Assembly: GCA_016290295.1 (NCBI GenBank)
Contig: JAEETJ010000002.1
Coordinates: 79,583 to 143,582, forward strand
From: Bacteroidales bacterium
GTDB lineage: Bacteria; Bacteroidota; Bacteroidia; Bacteroidales; WCHB1-69
Direction: 5' to 3'
Length of the DNA: 64,000 bases
Shown here piece by piece: positions 25,579 to 33,937 of this stretch; positions within the stretch are counted from its first letter, which is position 1; the number at the start of each line of letters is the position of its first letter. The position numbers and the translations under genes are program-made. Under the pieces are notes generated by a model. The model did no database searches and was not told the origin of the DNA. It saw nothing but the letters and a program-made list of their open reading frames with translations.

Positions 25579-28185
25579 CTATAATTTCTGCAAAATCTGA
25601 CTGCCGGTACCAATGCGGTAACCTTCGCTCTTGAACAAAATTGTACCGTTTTTGTCGGCAAAAATCACCAAGGGGAAATTGTCGCTAAATGTTGATTTGG
25701 TGTGCGTTAGCACATTGTTCAGCCATCGGTTTCCTTCGTCCTCTACCAAGATGCTTTGGGCGGGTAATTTCCACTTGCTAAAATTGAAATCAGGAACATT
25801 TTTATTGTCAGGCAGGGCAAAAATGATACTGTAACCCCTTTGCTCAAACTCTTTGGCGTGACTGGCAATGTCTTTCAACAAGTGTTTGCTGGGCTCACGG
25901 CTCGGATCAATGAAGCAGAGTAGGAGAGGATGACCCTGGGTCAGTGTCTTGACGGTTTTGTTGTCTTGTGATGGCAATTTGAACTGGAGGTCAAGCTGAC
26001 CGTAGTTGTCGGTGCTTTCCTCTAAATCTCTAATGATTAGTTGTTTACTGGTGGTTTGTCCGGGCATGATGCCGAAAAATTCAATGCGGGAGAGGGCGGT
26101 GCCATCGGTGTATCGGTTGCCTGTGGACAGCATGTAATAGCCTTGCTCAAGTTCCAAAGTGATGGGGAAAGTGCTTACACGCGGGTCATTTTCATAGTCG
26201 AAGGTGACAAAATCCCCATTTTCGTATTTGGCAATGGTGAAATTAGTCCAATAAACAGGCTTTAGGTTTTGTTTTGAATCATAATTAATTACCAATGTGC
26301 CAGTTGGAAGTTCTTTCTTACCCTCATTGAAACTGATGGAATTCCATCGGCTGTTATTGTAAACGAATATTTGTCCTGTAGCATTATCCATATAGGCGGG
26401 AATGTCCATGGCGCGGCAGGCTGCCACGAAAAAGATGTCGCGGGAGTGGGAATCTGCCCAGCGTAATTCGTAAACACCGCGTGGAGAGATGGGACAGTTG
26501 AAGTAGTTGGCCTCGTCATCAATCTGGATGTGTTTTTCAATCCAATTCTTGATATTGTTTGGCGTGACACTGGCACCCAAGGTGGCGGTGAGTGATTCTT
26601 TCAGGAAGTGACGCCATGGTCTGAGGCCCTCGTTGGCAATTCGTGGAGAGACAATACCTTGCTTGTAAATATACAAAGAATAAGGTGATGTTTTGTCTCT
26701 ATAGACAGTAATATGGTCTTCAAGTGTCTCTTTAACAAAATCTCTTAAATCTTTTTCTGATAATGAATTAAGAAAATCATAAAGATAAAGATACCGGTCT
26801 TCTTTCTGATGCATGTTCAGGAAATCGATGAGCTCGGCATAGTTTCCTTCGCTCTTTTTCAGAAAGATTCCTATTTGTTCTTCAGTCAGGTTTTCATTGA
26901 TGATGCCGGCCGCATCAGCTTCGGTTTTGAAAGTGGCCATATAGGCGTTGCGCAGCGAATCCTCATATTGCAGGCGTCGGGTATTTTTGTCCGCTTTCTT
27001 TTGGTCGGCCGTGGTGATGTCGCTGTTGCCAATGGGGGGAACGATGGTGTATTGTTCCGTGTAGCTTTCGCCGGGCAGACGCTCCATGACAACGACAATA
27101 GAGTCTTGTTGGCGTACATCAATTTTGCTGTAATTGTAATGATAACCATCTGTGGCCCAGATGAGTAAGTCGCCCAGACCAGTGGTTAAGTGTGCAATGC
27201 CCTGAGCATCGGTGGTTTGAGTGGCAATGGGATAGTATTCGGAGTAGTTATAGAGTTTGAACTTGACGGTAGCCCCTTCCACTGCCTTTTGGTCATGATC
27301 CACGACTTTAACTGTAATTTGTTTAGTATCAGCATAATTCGATAGCATGTTAATGCGTGAGAAGAGGTCGGTATTAAGCGTGGTTTCCTCCTCGCCTTTA
27401 TACTTTCCGAAGGCGTTGGAATGAACCATCATGGTGCGTGTGGAGGGGATGGCAAACCAGCCCATGTTCAGTTCGGGGTCGGGTTCGCAGGCACCGAGAA
27501 AGTACCATTTGCCTTCTATCCATACTTCCACCCAAGCGTGGTTGTCATCAGTGTGTGCCCAGCGAGGAGTGTAGCACTGGCGGGCTGGGATACCGACAGC
27601 ACGAAGGGCGGTGACGGTAAAGGTTGATTCCTCACCACAACGGCCCAAGGCGGTGCGGACAGTGGCGAGTGGGGCAGAGGTGCGGCTGTCGGAGGGACGG
27701 TAGGCCACTTTCTCGTGGCACCAGTGGTTCACCTCCAAAGCGGCATCGTACATCGTCATATTTTCGATTCGTGGCTTCAGCTCATTGAAAAACACCTGGC
27801 GAGCACTGTCCAGATTCTCGTTGTTCACACGGTACACCAGCACAAAATGGCGGAAGATATCTTCAGGAATGGTGCTTCCCCAGCTGAAAGTTTCACGGGC
27901 TTTCAGCGCACCCCGCACCTGTTGCAGGAAAAAGTCCCCGTCGTAGTCCGCCAGGTCGCTTAGCGGCATGTAGGCGTATAGGAATTGGAGGGCTTCCTTC
28001 TCCTCGCGTGTCAGCGATTGTTTGAAAACTCCGAATAAGGCGTCATTGCGTCCTTGTGCCAGCTCTTTCCTTTGCTTAAAATCTTTTTGCACCTGTTGAC
28101 GGTAGTCTCTGTCGCTGATGAAATGCTTTCCGCAAGAAGCTAATAATAAAACTGTTACAATTCCGAATAATAGTTTCTTTATCAT
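25579..28185 (-). CDS. Transglutaminase-like cysteine protease domain lipoprotein with thioredoxin-like C-terminal region
   Basis: Lipobox MIKKLLFGIVTVLLLASC (start moved to the ATG at 28185). Transglutaminase core GRCGEESTF..ALRAVGIPAR....W....D.NHAWVEVW. The C-terminal ..LLLCFIDPSREPSKHLL.. is TlpA-like. Confidence 0.75.
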   Translation of the reverse strand: MIKKLLFGIVTVLLLASCGKHFISDRDYRQQVQKDFKQRKELAQGRNDALFGVFKQSLTREEKEALQFLYAYMPLSDLADYDGDFFLQQVRGALKARETFSWGSTIPEDIFRHFVLVYRVNNENLDSARQVFFNELKPRIENMTMYDAALEVNHWCHEKVAYRPSDSRTSAPLATVRTALGRCGEESTFTVTALRAVGIPARQCYTPRWAHTDDNHAWVEVWIEGKWYFLGACEPDPELNMGWFAIPSTRTMMVHSNAFGKYKGEEETTLNTDLFSRINMLSNYADTKQITVKVVDHDQKAVEGATVKFKLYNYSEYYPIATQTTDAQGIAHLTTGLGDLLIWATDGYHYNYSKIDVRQQDSIVVVMERLPGESYTEQYTIVPPIGNSDITTADQKKADKNTRRLQYEDSLRNAYMATFKTEADAAGIINENLTEEQIGIFLKKSEGNYAELIDFLNMHQKEDRYLYLYDFLNSLSEKDLRDFVKETLEDHITVYRDKTSPYSLYIYKQGIVSPRIANEGLRPWRHFLKESLTATLGASVTPNNIKNWIEKHIQIDDEANYFNCPISPRGVYELRWADSHSRDIFFVAACRAMDIPAYMDNATGQIFVYNNSRWNSISFNEGKKELPTGTLVINYDSKQNLKPVYWTNFTIAKYENGDFVTFDYENDPRVSTFPITLELEQGYYMLSTGNRYTDGTALSRIEFFGIMPGQTTSKQLIIRDLEESTDNYGQLDLQFKLPSQDNKTVKTLTQGHPLLLCFIDPSREPSKHLLKDIASHAKEFEQRGYSIIFALPDNKNVPDFNFSKWKLPAQSILVEDEGNRWLNNVLTHTKSTFSDNFPLVIFADKNGTILFKSEGYRIGTGSQILQKL

Positions 28186-28200
28186 AGTGTTTAAATTCAA

Positions 28201-28246
28201 AATTCAAGATTCAATACTAACCCCTAATCCCTAATTATCACATTAA
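28201..28246. repeat. Word array (ATTCAA, CCCTAA) plus junction TTATCACATTAA; the same composite element occurs at 33.75 kb
   Basis: aattcaagattcaatactaacccctaatccctaattatcacattaa. Its reverse complement shares 18 identical nt (TTAATGTGATAATTAGGG) with 33747-33764. Confidence 0.85.
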
Positions 28247-28912
28247 CTAATTTGCTAATTTGCTAATTATCAATTTGATTTCTTCTGTCTGGCTTGTGTC
28301 GCCGTTGAGTTTGCAGCTGGCGTGAACCTCGTTTACATGGCTGCGGCTGATGAGTTCTGTCACATTCTCACTGCCGACTCCGCCGCCGGCGAGAATGGTG
28401 ATGCGTTGGCGGGCTTGTTTGACGATTTCTGCCAGTGTGTCAGCTCCTTGCGGGGCACTGGGTTGCTGGCCGGAGGTAAGAATACGATGGAAGCCACAGT
28501 CAATGATCTGTTCCAGCGCTACTTGCCAGTCCTTGCAGCGGTCGAAGGCACGGTGAAAGGTCACCTGCATGGAGCCGACATGTTGCATGGCAGTGCGGCA
28601 TTTTTCCACATCTATACTCAAATCGGACTTGAGAAAGCCAATTACCACACCGGGAATGCCATGTTCGCGGCAAAATGTGATGTCCGACAGTATCGTGTTG
28701 AACTCTTCCTCCGTATAGCAAAAATCGCCGCCACGGGGACGAATCAACACAAAGGTTTGCAGAGGCAGATGCTCCTGACAGTACAAAATATCATCGTATG
28801 AGGGAGTTAAGCCGCCTAAATGCAGGTCACGGCATAACTCAATGCGTTTAGCTCCGGCCTCCGCCGCATTGATGGCGGATTGTCGGTTTCCGCAACAAAC
28901 TTCCAATAGCAT
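28247..28912 (-). CDS. cutC: Copper homeostasis protein CutC
   Basis: LLEVCCGN..SAINAAEAGAKRIELC, ..IRPRGGDFCY, FHRAFD, ILTSGQ are CutC motifs. Start moved to the ATG at 28912, downstream of a TAAATTTG box. Confidence 0.85.
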   Translation of the reverse strand: MLLEVCCGNRQSAINAAEAGAKRIELCRDLHLGGLTPSYDDILYCQEHLPLQTFVLIRPRGGDFCYTEEEFNTILSDITFCREHGIPGVVIGFLKSDLSIDVEKCRTAMQHVGSMQVTFHRAFDRCKDWQVALEQIIDCGFHRILTSGQQPSAPQGADTLAEIVKQARQRITILAGGGVGSENVTELISRSHVNEVHASCKLNGDTSQTEEIKLIISKLAN

Positions 28913-28962
28913 AAATGTCCTTATTAAAATTGCAAATTTACGATAAAAAATTGAATTGTCGT

Positions 28963-29043
28963 AATTCAAAATTCAAAGATCAAAATTCAAAATTCAAGAA
29001 GTCCATTTACTAATTTGCTAATTAACGAATTTGCTAATTGAAT
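28963..29043. repeat. Heptad/octad word array (AATTCAA, TAATTTGC) in a divergent promoter region
   Basis: aattcaa|aattcaa|agatcaa|aattcaa|aattcaa|gaagtcc|atttact|aatttgc|taattaa|cgaattt|gctaatt. Confidence 0.85.
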
Positions 29044-29092
29044 TTTTTGTATCTTTGCGGCAACAAAATAACAACCTAAAAACCAATTTGCT

Positions 29093-29578
29093 ATGATTAG
29101 TAAAAAAATGCAAGAGGCTATCAATGCCCAAATCAATGCCGAAATGTGGTCGGCTTACCTGTATTTAGCTATGTCTATGGATGCCAACGACAAAGGTCTC
29201 AAGGGTGTGGCCCATTGGTATCGCAAACAATATGAAGAAGAAATGGAACATGCCTTCCGTTTCGTACATTATTTGGAAGAACAACTGGCACGCGTGGAAC
29301 TGAAACCTATTGCCAAGTTCAAAACCAGCTGGAAAAATATGGCCGAAATGTTCAATGAGACATTGGAACACGAAAAAGTGGTGACTGGTTTGATTCATAA
29401 ACTCTGCGATTTGGCTGCTAAAGAAAAAGACTATGCTACTGCAAACATGTTACAATGGTTTGTGAATGAGCAGGTTGAAGAAGAAGCCAATGCTACTGAA
29501 TTGATCGAAACCGCCAAATGCATCGGTAACGATAAAGCCGCTTTCTATATGTTTGACAAAGAACTGGCTGCCAGATAG
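29093..29578 (+). CDS. ftnA: Non-haem ferritin
   Basis: INAQINAEMWSAYLYLAMS, EEMEHA, ..LEHEK.V.. are ferritin di-iron ligand motifs. 161 aa. Confidence 0.9.
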   Translation: MISKKMQEAINAQINAEMWSAYLYLAMSMDANDKGLKGVAHWYRKQYEEEMEHAFRFVHYLEEQLARVELKPIAKFKTSWKNMAEMFNETLEHEKVVTGLIHKLCDLAAKEKDYATANMLQWFVNEQVEEEANATELIETAKCIGNDKAAFYMFDKELAAR

Positions 29579-29615
29579 TTGGCCATTTCCAAGCGGTTCA
29601 ATACAAAATTTAAGA

Positions 29616-29647
29616 AATCCTGCTGAAAATCAGTGGGATTTTTTTTA
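29616..29647 (+). terminator. Rho-independent terminator after ferritin
   Basis: AATCCTGCTGA-AAA-TCAGTGGGATT (two G.U pairs) followed by TTTTTTT. Confidence 0.6.
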
Positions 29648-29672
29648 TTTTTGCAGCACAAAACGTTACAAT

Positions 29673-30428
29673 ATGGATCCGCTTTTGCTTATTTCGATAC
29701 TTCCGGTCATCATCTTGTTGGGATATATATACCTCAAAGATAAAAACGAAAGGGAGCCTATAGGTTTGCTCTTAAAAGCTTTTTTCTCCGGCACTTTGGT
29801 GGCCGTGCTGATACTGTTGTGGAGCTTTGTGGAAGGTATTATAGGCATTCATCTTACCGCTTTCGCTGAGAATTCGGCGATACTGAAAAGTTTCTTCCAG
29901 GCAGCTATACCAGAGGAAGGATTGAAGTTGCTGTTTTTGTACTGGCTGATATGGAAAAACAAAGAATTCAACGAGCATTTCGATGGCATTGTCTATGCGG
30001 TGTTTGTCTCTATGGGCTTTGCCTGCATCGAAAATATCTTGTATGTCTATGGTGGCGGTTTCGAAACGGGTGTAGTGAGAGCTTTGTTGGCGGTGCCGGG
30101 ACATTTCCTTTTTGCGGTCATCATGGGCTATTTCTTCTCCAGAGCACGTTTCACTCCGTTGAATCGTGGTCGCCTGCTATTGATGGCGTTTGTCTGCCCG
30201 GTTTTGGCACACGGCTTGTACGACACGCTGTGCTTTGCCATGGACATGTATGGCGAAGCTACGGGCTTATCGTCAGTGCTGAATGTCTTGTTTATAGCCT
30301 TCGATATCAAATTGTGGCAAATTGGCTTAAAAGCTATCCGTACTCACTGCCATGTATGCGGTGCGAAGATCCCCAAAGGTGAAATCAATTGCCCCTGCTG
30401 CAAACAGTTGGCAGAGAATTTGGAATAA
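29673..30428 (+). CDS. PrsW-family intramembrane glutamic endopeptidase with C-terminal zinc ribbon
   Basis: Multi-pass protein with IPEEGLKL, GHFLFAVIMGYF and AHGLYD motifs. The C-terminus has CHVCG....INCPCC. Start moved to the ATG at 29673 (TATTTTTG box upstream). Confidence 0.75.
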   Translation: MDPLLLISILPVIILLGYIYLKDKNEREPIGLLLKAFFSGTLVAVLILLWSFVEGIIGIHLTAFAENSAILKSFFQAAIPEEGLKLLFLYWLIWKNKEFNEHFDGIVYAVFVSMGFACIENILYVYGGGFETGVVRALLAVPGHFLFAVIMGYFFSRARFTPLNRGRLLLMAFVCPVLAHGLYDTLCFAMDMYGEATGLSSVLNVLFIAFDIKLWQIGLKAIRTHCHVCGAKIPKGEINCPCCKQLAENLE

Positions 30429-30585
30429 GCCTTTGTAGAGGGTGTATAAAAATCAATCTGTCTGTATTTTATTGGGGAAATTTATGTAAATTTGCACCTT
30501 ATTATTATATTGACTGATTTTCGATTTAAATAATTGAAAATCAATATTTTTGAATGTTTAAAATTTAAAACTTAAGAATAAAACT

Positions 30586-33282
30586 ATGGAGATTGCTACC
30601 AAGTACGACCCGAAAAGCATTGAAGACAAATGGTACCAGTTTTGGAATGACCATCATCTCTTTGCCTCAAAACCCGACAGTAGAAAACCTTTCACCATTG
30701 TGATTCCGCCGCCCAATGTGACGGGTGTGCTGCACATGGGACACATGCTGAACAACACCATCCAGGATGTGCTGGTGCGCCGTGCCCGTATGCGCGGTTT
30801 CAATGCTGTGTGGGTGCCGGGAACTGACCATGCTTCTATAGCTACCGAGGCCAAGGTGGTGAAGAGTCTTGCTGATCAGGGCATCAAGAAGCGCGACTTG
30901 ACTCGCGAGCAGTTCTTGGAGCATGCCTGGGCATGGACTCACAAACATGGCGGCATCATCTTGCAGCAGCTCCGCAAGCTCGGTGCCTCCTGTGATTGGG
31001 ACCGCACGGCGTTCACCATGGACGAGATGCGCAGTGAGAGTGTCACCAAGGTATTTGTCGATCTCTACAACAAGGGACTCATCTATCGCGGCCTCCGCAT
31101 GATTAACTGGGATCCCAAGGCTCTTACCGCCCTCTCAACCGAGGAGGTGGAATACAAGGAGGAAAGTTCGAAACTGTACTACCTTAAATACTATGTGGTT
31201 GGGTTAGAGAATTTGGAGAATCAGGAAGCATTGGAAGCTGACGGCAATATCATCCACCGCGACGAAAAGGGTTACTATGCTGTGGTCGCCACCACGCGTC
31301 CCGAAACCATCATGGGCGACACTGCCATGTGCATCAACCCCAAAGACCCCAAGAACCAGTGGCTCCGCGGACGTCATGTCATTGTGCCTCTCGTGGGTCG
31401 CGAGGTGAAGGTTATCGAGGACCGCTATGTCGATATTGAGTTTGGTACAGGCTGTCTGAAGGTGACCCCTGCCCACGATGTCAATGACTACAATCTTGGC
31501 AAGACTCACAACCTGGAGATCATCGACATCTTCAACAACGATGGCACCATTTCTGAGCAGTCGCCTCTCTATGTTGGCATGGACCGCTTTGCCTGCCGCA
31601 AGCAGATAGCTAAAGACTTGGAGGCTGCCGGCCTTATGGAAAAGGTGGAGGACTACACCAACAAGGTGGGGTATTCGCAGCGTAATCCTGACACAGCTAT
31701 TGAGCCGCGCCTCTCGCTGCAGTGGTTCCTCAAGATGAAGCATTTTGCTGACATTGCATTGCCGCCTGTCATGAACGATGAAATCAAGTTCTATCCCGAT
31801 AAATACAAGAACACCTATCGCCAGTGGCTGGAGAATATTCAGGATTGGTGTATCTCACGCCAGCTTTGGTGGGGTCACCGTATTCCGGCCTGGTACATTG
31901 AGGTGGACGGTAAGGAGGAAATCGTGGTGGCTGTCACCGAGGAGGATGCCCGGAAAATTGCCAAGGAAAAATACAACTACACTGGTGCGATGCGTCAGGA
32001 CGAGGATGCTCTCGACACTTGGTTCAGCTCATGGTTGTGGCCCATCAGCCTTTTCGATGGTATCAACAACCCCGACAACGAGGATATCAATTACTACTAT
32101 CCCACGTCCGACCTTATCACAGCTCCCGATATTATCTTCTTCTGGGTGGCTCGTATGATCATGGCCGGTATGGAATATCGTCACGCAGTGCCTTTCCGCC
32201 ACGTCTATTTCACCGGTGTGGTTCGTGACAAGCTGGGTCGCAAGATGTCCAAGCAGTTGGGCAACTCTCCCGATCCCATCATGCTGATGGAGCAATTCGG
32301 CGCTGACGGTGTGCGTATGGGCATGTTGTTGAGCTCACCCGCAGGTAATGACTTGCTGTTTGATGAGTCTTTGTGCGAGCAGGGAAGAAATTTCAACAAC
32401 AAGATTTGGAATGCCTTCCGTCTGATCAAAGGCTGGCAGGTGGATGAGAATTTAGCTCAGCCACAGGCCTGCGCTACGGCGGTTAAGTGGTTCAATATGC
32501 GCCTGAATGAGGTGTTGGTCGAAATGAATGACCATTTTGTCAAGTACCGTCTGTCGGATGCGTTGATGGCTGTCTATAAATTAGTTTGGGACGACTTCTG
32601 CTCCTGCTTCCTCGAAGTGGTGAAACCTCCTTACCAGCAGCCTGTTGATGGCAAGACCTACAACGAAATCATTGACATTTTTGATAAACTCTTGCGTCTT
32701 TTGCATCCCTTCATGCCATTCATTACCGAAGAATTGTGGCATGGTTTGCAAGAACGCAATGAAAATGAGTCCATTATGGTGGCAGTTATGCCTGAGCCTG
32801 AAATCGGTGCCGATGATCAGGCCTTCCTGCAGCGTTTCGCTAACACCCGTAAGGTGATTGAGCAGGTTCGCCGTGTTCGTGCGGAAAAGAACATCGCTCC
32901 CAAGAATCCTGTGAACTTGTTTGTGCAGCGTGCCAAGAAAGATGATGATTTTGAGATGGACTGTGTGATTGAAAAGCTGTGCAACATTCCGCAGGTGGAA
33001 TATGTGAGCGAGAAGGTGCCCGGTTCAGTATTGTTCATCGAGCAGAATGTGGAATATTTTGTGCCCTTCGCTGACAATATCGACAAAGATGCCGAATTGA
33101 AGAAGCTGAATGATGAGTTAGCTTACGCAGAGAAATTCCTGCAGTCAGTATTGAAGAAGTTGGCTAATGAGCGCTTTGTGCAGAACGCCCCCGAGCAGGT
33201 GGTCGCCATCGAACGCAAGAAGCAAGCCGACGCCGAAGCCAAGATCAAGCTGTTGAAAGAGCAGATTGCTGGTTTGGCATAG
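30586..33282 (+). CDS. valS: Valine--tRNA ligase
   Basis: [15 protein letters not shown] (HIGH), KMSKQLGNS (KMSKS), the editing domain and the C-terminal coiled coil. 898 aa. Confidence 0.97.
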   Translation: MEIATKYDPKSIEDKWYQFWNDHHLFASKPDSRKPFTIVIPPPNVTGVLHMGHMLNNTIQDVLVRRARMRGFNAVWVPGTDHASIATEAKVVKSLADQGIKKRDLTREQFLEHAWAWTHKHGGIILQQLRKLGASCDWDRTAFTMDEMRSESVTKVFVDLYNKGLIYRGLRMINWDPKALTALSTEEVEYKEESSKLYYLKYYVVGLENLENQEALEADGNIIHRDEKGYYAVVATTRPETIMGDTAMCINPKDPKNQWLRGRHVIVPLVGREVKVIEDRYVDIEFGTGCLKVTPAHDVNDYNLGKTHNLEIIDIFNNDGTISEQSPLYVGMDRFACRKQIAKDLEAAGLMEKVEDYTNKVGYSQRNPDTAIEPRLSLQWFLKMKHFADIALPPVMNDEIKFYPDKYKNTYRQWLENIQDWCISRQLWWGHRIPAWYIEVDGKEEIVVAVTEEDARKIAKEKYNYTGAMRQDEDALDTWFSSWLWPISLFDGINNPDNEDINYYYPTSDLITAPDIIFFWVARMIMAGMEYRHAVPFRHVYFTGVVRDKLGRKMSKQLGNSPDPIMLMEQFGADGVRMGMLLSSPAGNDLLFDESLCEQGRNFNNKIWNAFRLIKGWQVDENLAQPQACATAVKWFNMRLNEVLVEMNDHFVKYRLSDALMAVYKLVWDDFCSCFLEVVKPPYQQPVDGKTYNEIIDIFDKLLRLLHPFMPFITEELWHGLQERNENESIMVAVMPEPEIGADDQAFLQRFANTRKVIEQVRRVRAEKNIAPKNPVNLFVQRAKKDDDFEMDCVIEKLCNIPQVEYVSEKVPGSVLFIEQNVEYFVPFADNIDKDAELKKLNDELAYAEKFLQSVLKKLANERFVQNAPEQVVAIERKKQADAEAKIKLLKEQIAGLA

Positions 33283-33310
33283 TTTAGTGATTAGGAAATA
33301 GTGATTTTTC

Positions 33311-33492
33311 ATATGCGTGGACTGCGGCTCCACCGCAAACGGAAACCTGTATTCCATAACCTATGCGGCGGTTGCGGTTCCACTGCAAACGGAAACCTGT
33401 ATTCCATAACCTATGCGGCGGTTGCGGTTCCACTGCAAACGGAAACCTGTATTCCATAACCTATGCGGCGGTTGCGGTTCCACCGCAAAATA
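33311..33492. repeat. Tandem 50-bp repeat (about 3.6 copies) carrying the REP-like hairpin core in inverted orientation relative to 10.1 kb
   Basis: Unit CTATGCGGCGGTTGCGGTTCCACTGCAAACGGAAACCTGTATTCCATAAC is exact at 33361-33410 and 33411-33460, with diverged flanking copies. Hairpin TTGCGGT-TCC-AC(T/C)GCAA. Confidence 0.95.
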
Positions 33493-33507
33493 TAAAACAT
33501 AACCTCA

Positions 33508-33540
33508 TAACCCCTAACCCCTAATCCCTAACCCCTAACA
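33508..33540. repeat. CCCCTAA heptamer array (telomere-like word)
   Basis: taacccctaacccctaatccctaacccctaaca. Confidence 0.9.
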
Positions 33541-33546
33541 TCTATC

Positions 33547-33714
33547 ATGGAACATATCTTTCGTTTAGTCCTCCTGTACACCGTCTATATCGTGCCAACC
33601 TATTTCATGGAGATTGATGACAAGTTCATCATCCAAATCGGTGGCATTCTGGGCATTACCGTGGCCTATATCATCGCTATACTGATTCTTAAGAAAAGGA
33701 AGAAACAGAATTAG
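33547..33714 (+). CDS. 55-aa small membrane protein (below ORF-track cutoff)
   Basis: ATG at 33547 to TAG at 33712-33714: MEHIFRLVLLYTVYIVPTYFMEIDDKFIIQIGGILGITVAYIIAILILKKRKKQN. It has two hydrophobic segments and a basic tail, and codon usage resembles its neighbours. Confidence 0.4.
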   Translation: MEHIFRLVLLYTVYIVPTYFMEIDDKFIIQIGGILGITVAYIIAILILKKRKKQN

Positions 33715-33840
33715 TTAATTAGCAAATTAGTTAATTAGTTAATTAGTTAATGTGATAATTAGGGGTTAGTGGTTAGGGGATAGGGGATAGTGTTGAATTT
33801 TGAATTCTAACCCCTATCTCCTAACCCCTAATCACTATAA
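33715..33840. repeat. Word arrays (TTAATTAG, TTAGGGG and inverted CCCCTA) forming a long imperfect hairpin
   Basis: ttaattagcaaattagttaattagttaattagttaatgtgataattaggggttagtggttaggggataggggatag ... ctaacccctatctcctaacccctaat. Confidence 0.85.
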
Positions 33841-33937
33841 CTTGTAATTAACATTCTGCCGTGCAGAAATTCTTGTGGCGGCCCTTGAAAGAGTGGGCTT
33901 AATATTGTATATTTGCCAACGTATAAATATATAATAG

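Noticed and set aside
30516-30545. Hairpin TGATTTTC-N13-GAAAATCA in the valS leader (possible T-box or attenuator).
   Set aside because: It is far too short for a T-box, with no specifier or antiterminator features. It is likely just AT-rich leader structure.
33508-33540. CCCTAA/TTAGGG telomere-like repeats.
   Set aside because: The arrays are short, internal and degenerate. They are one of many heptamer words in a bacterial chromosome flanked by housekeeping genes, not a chromosome end.
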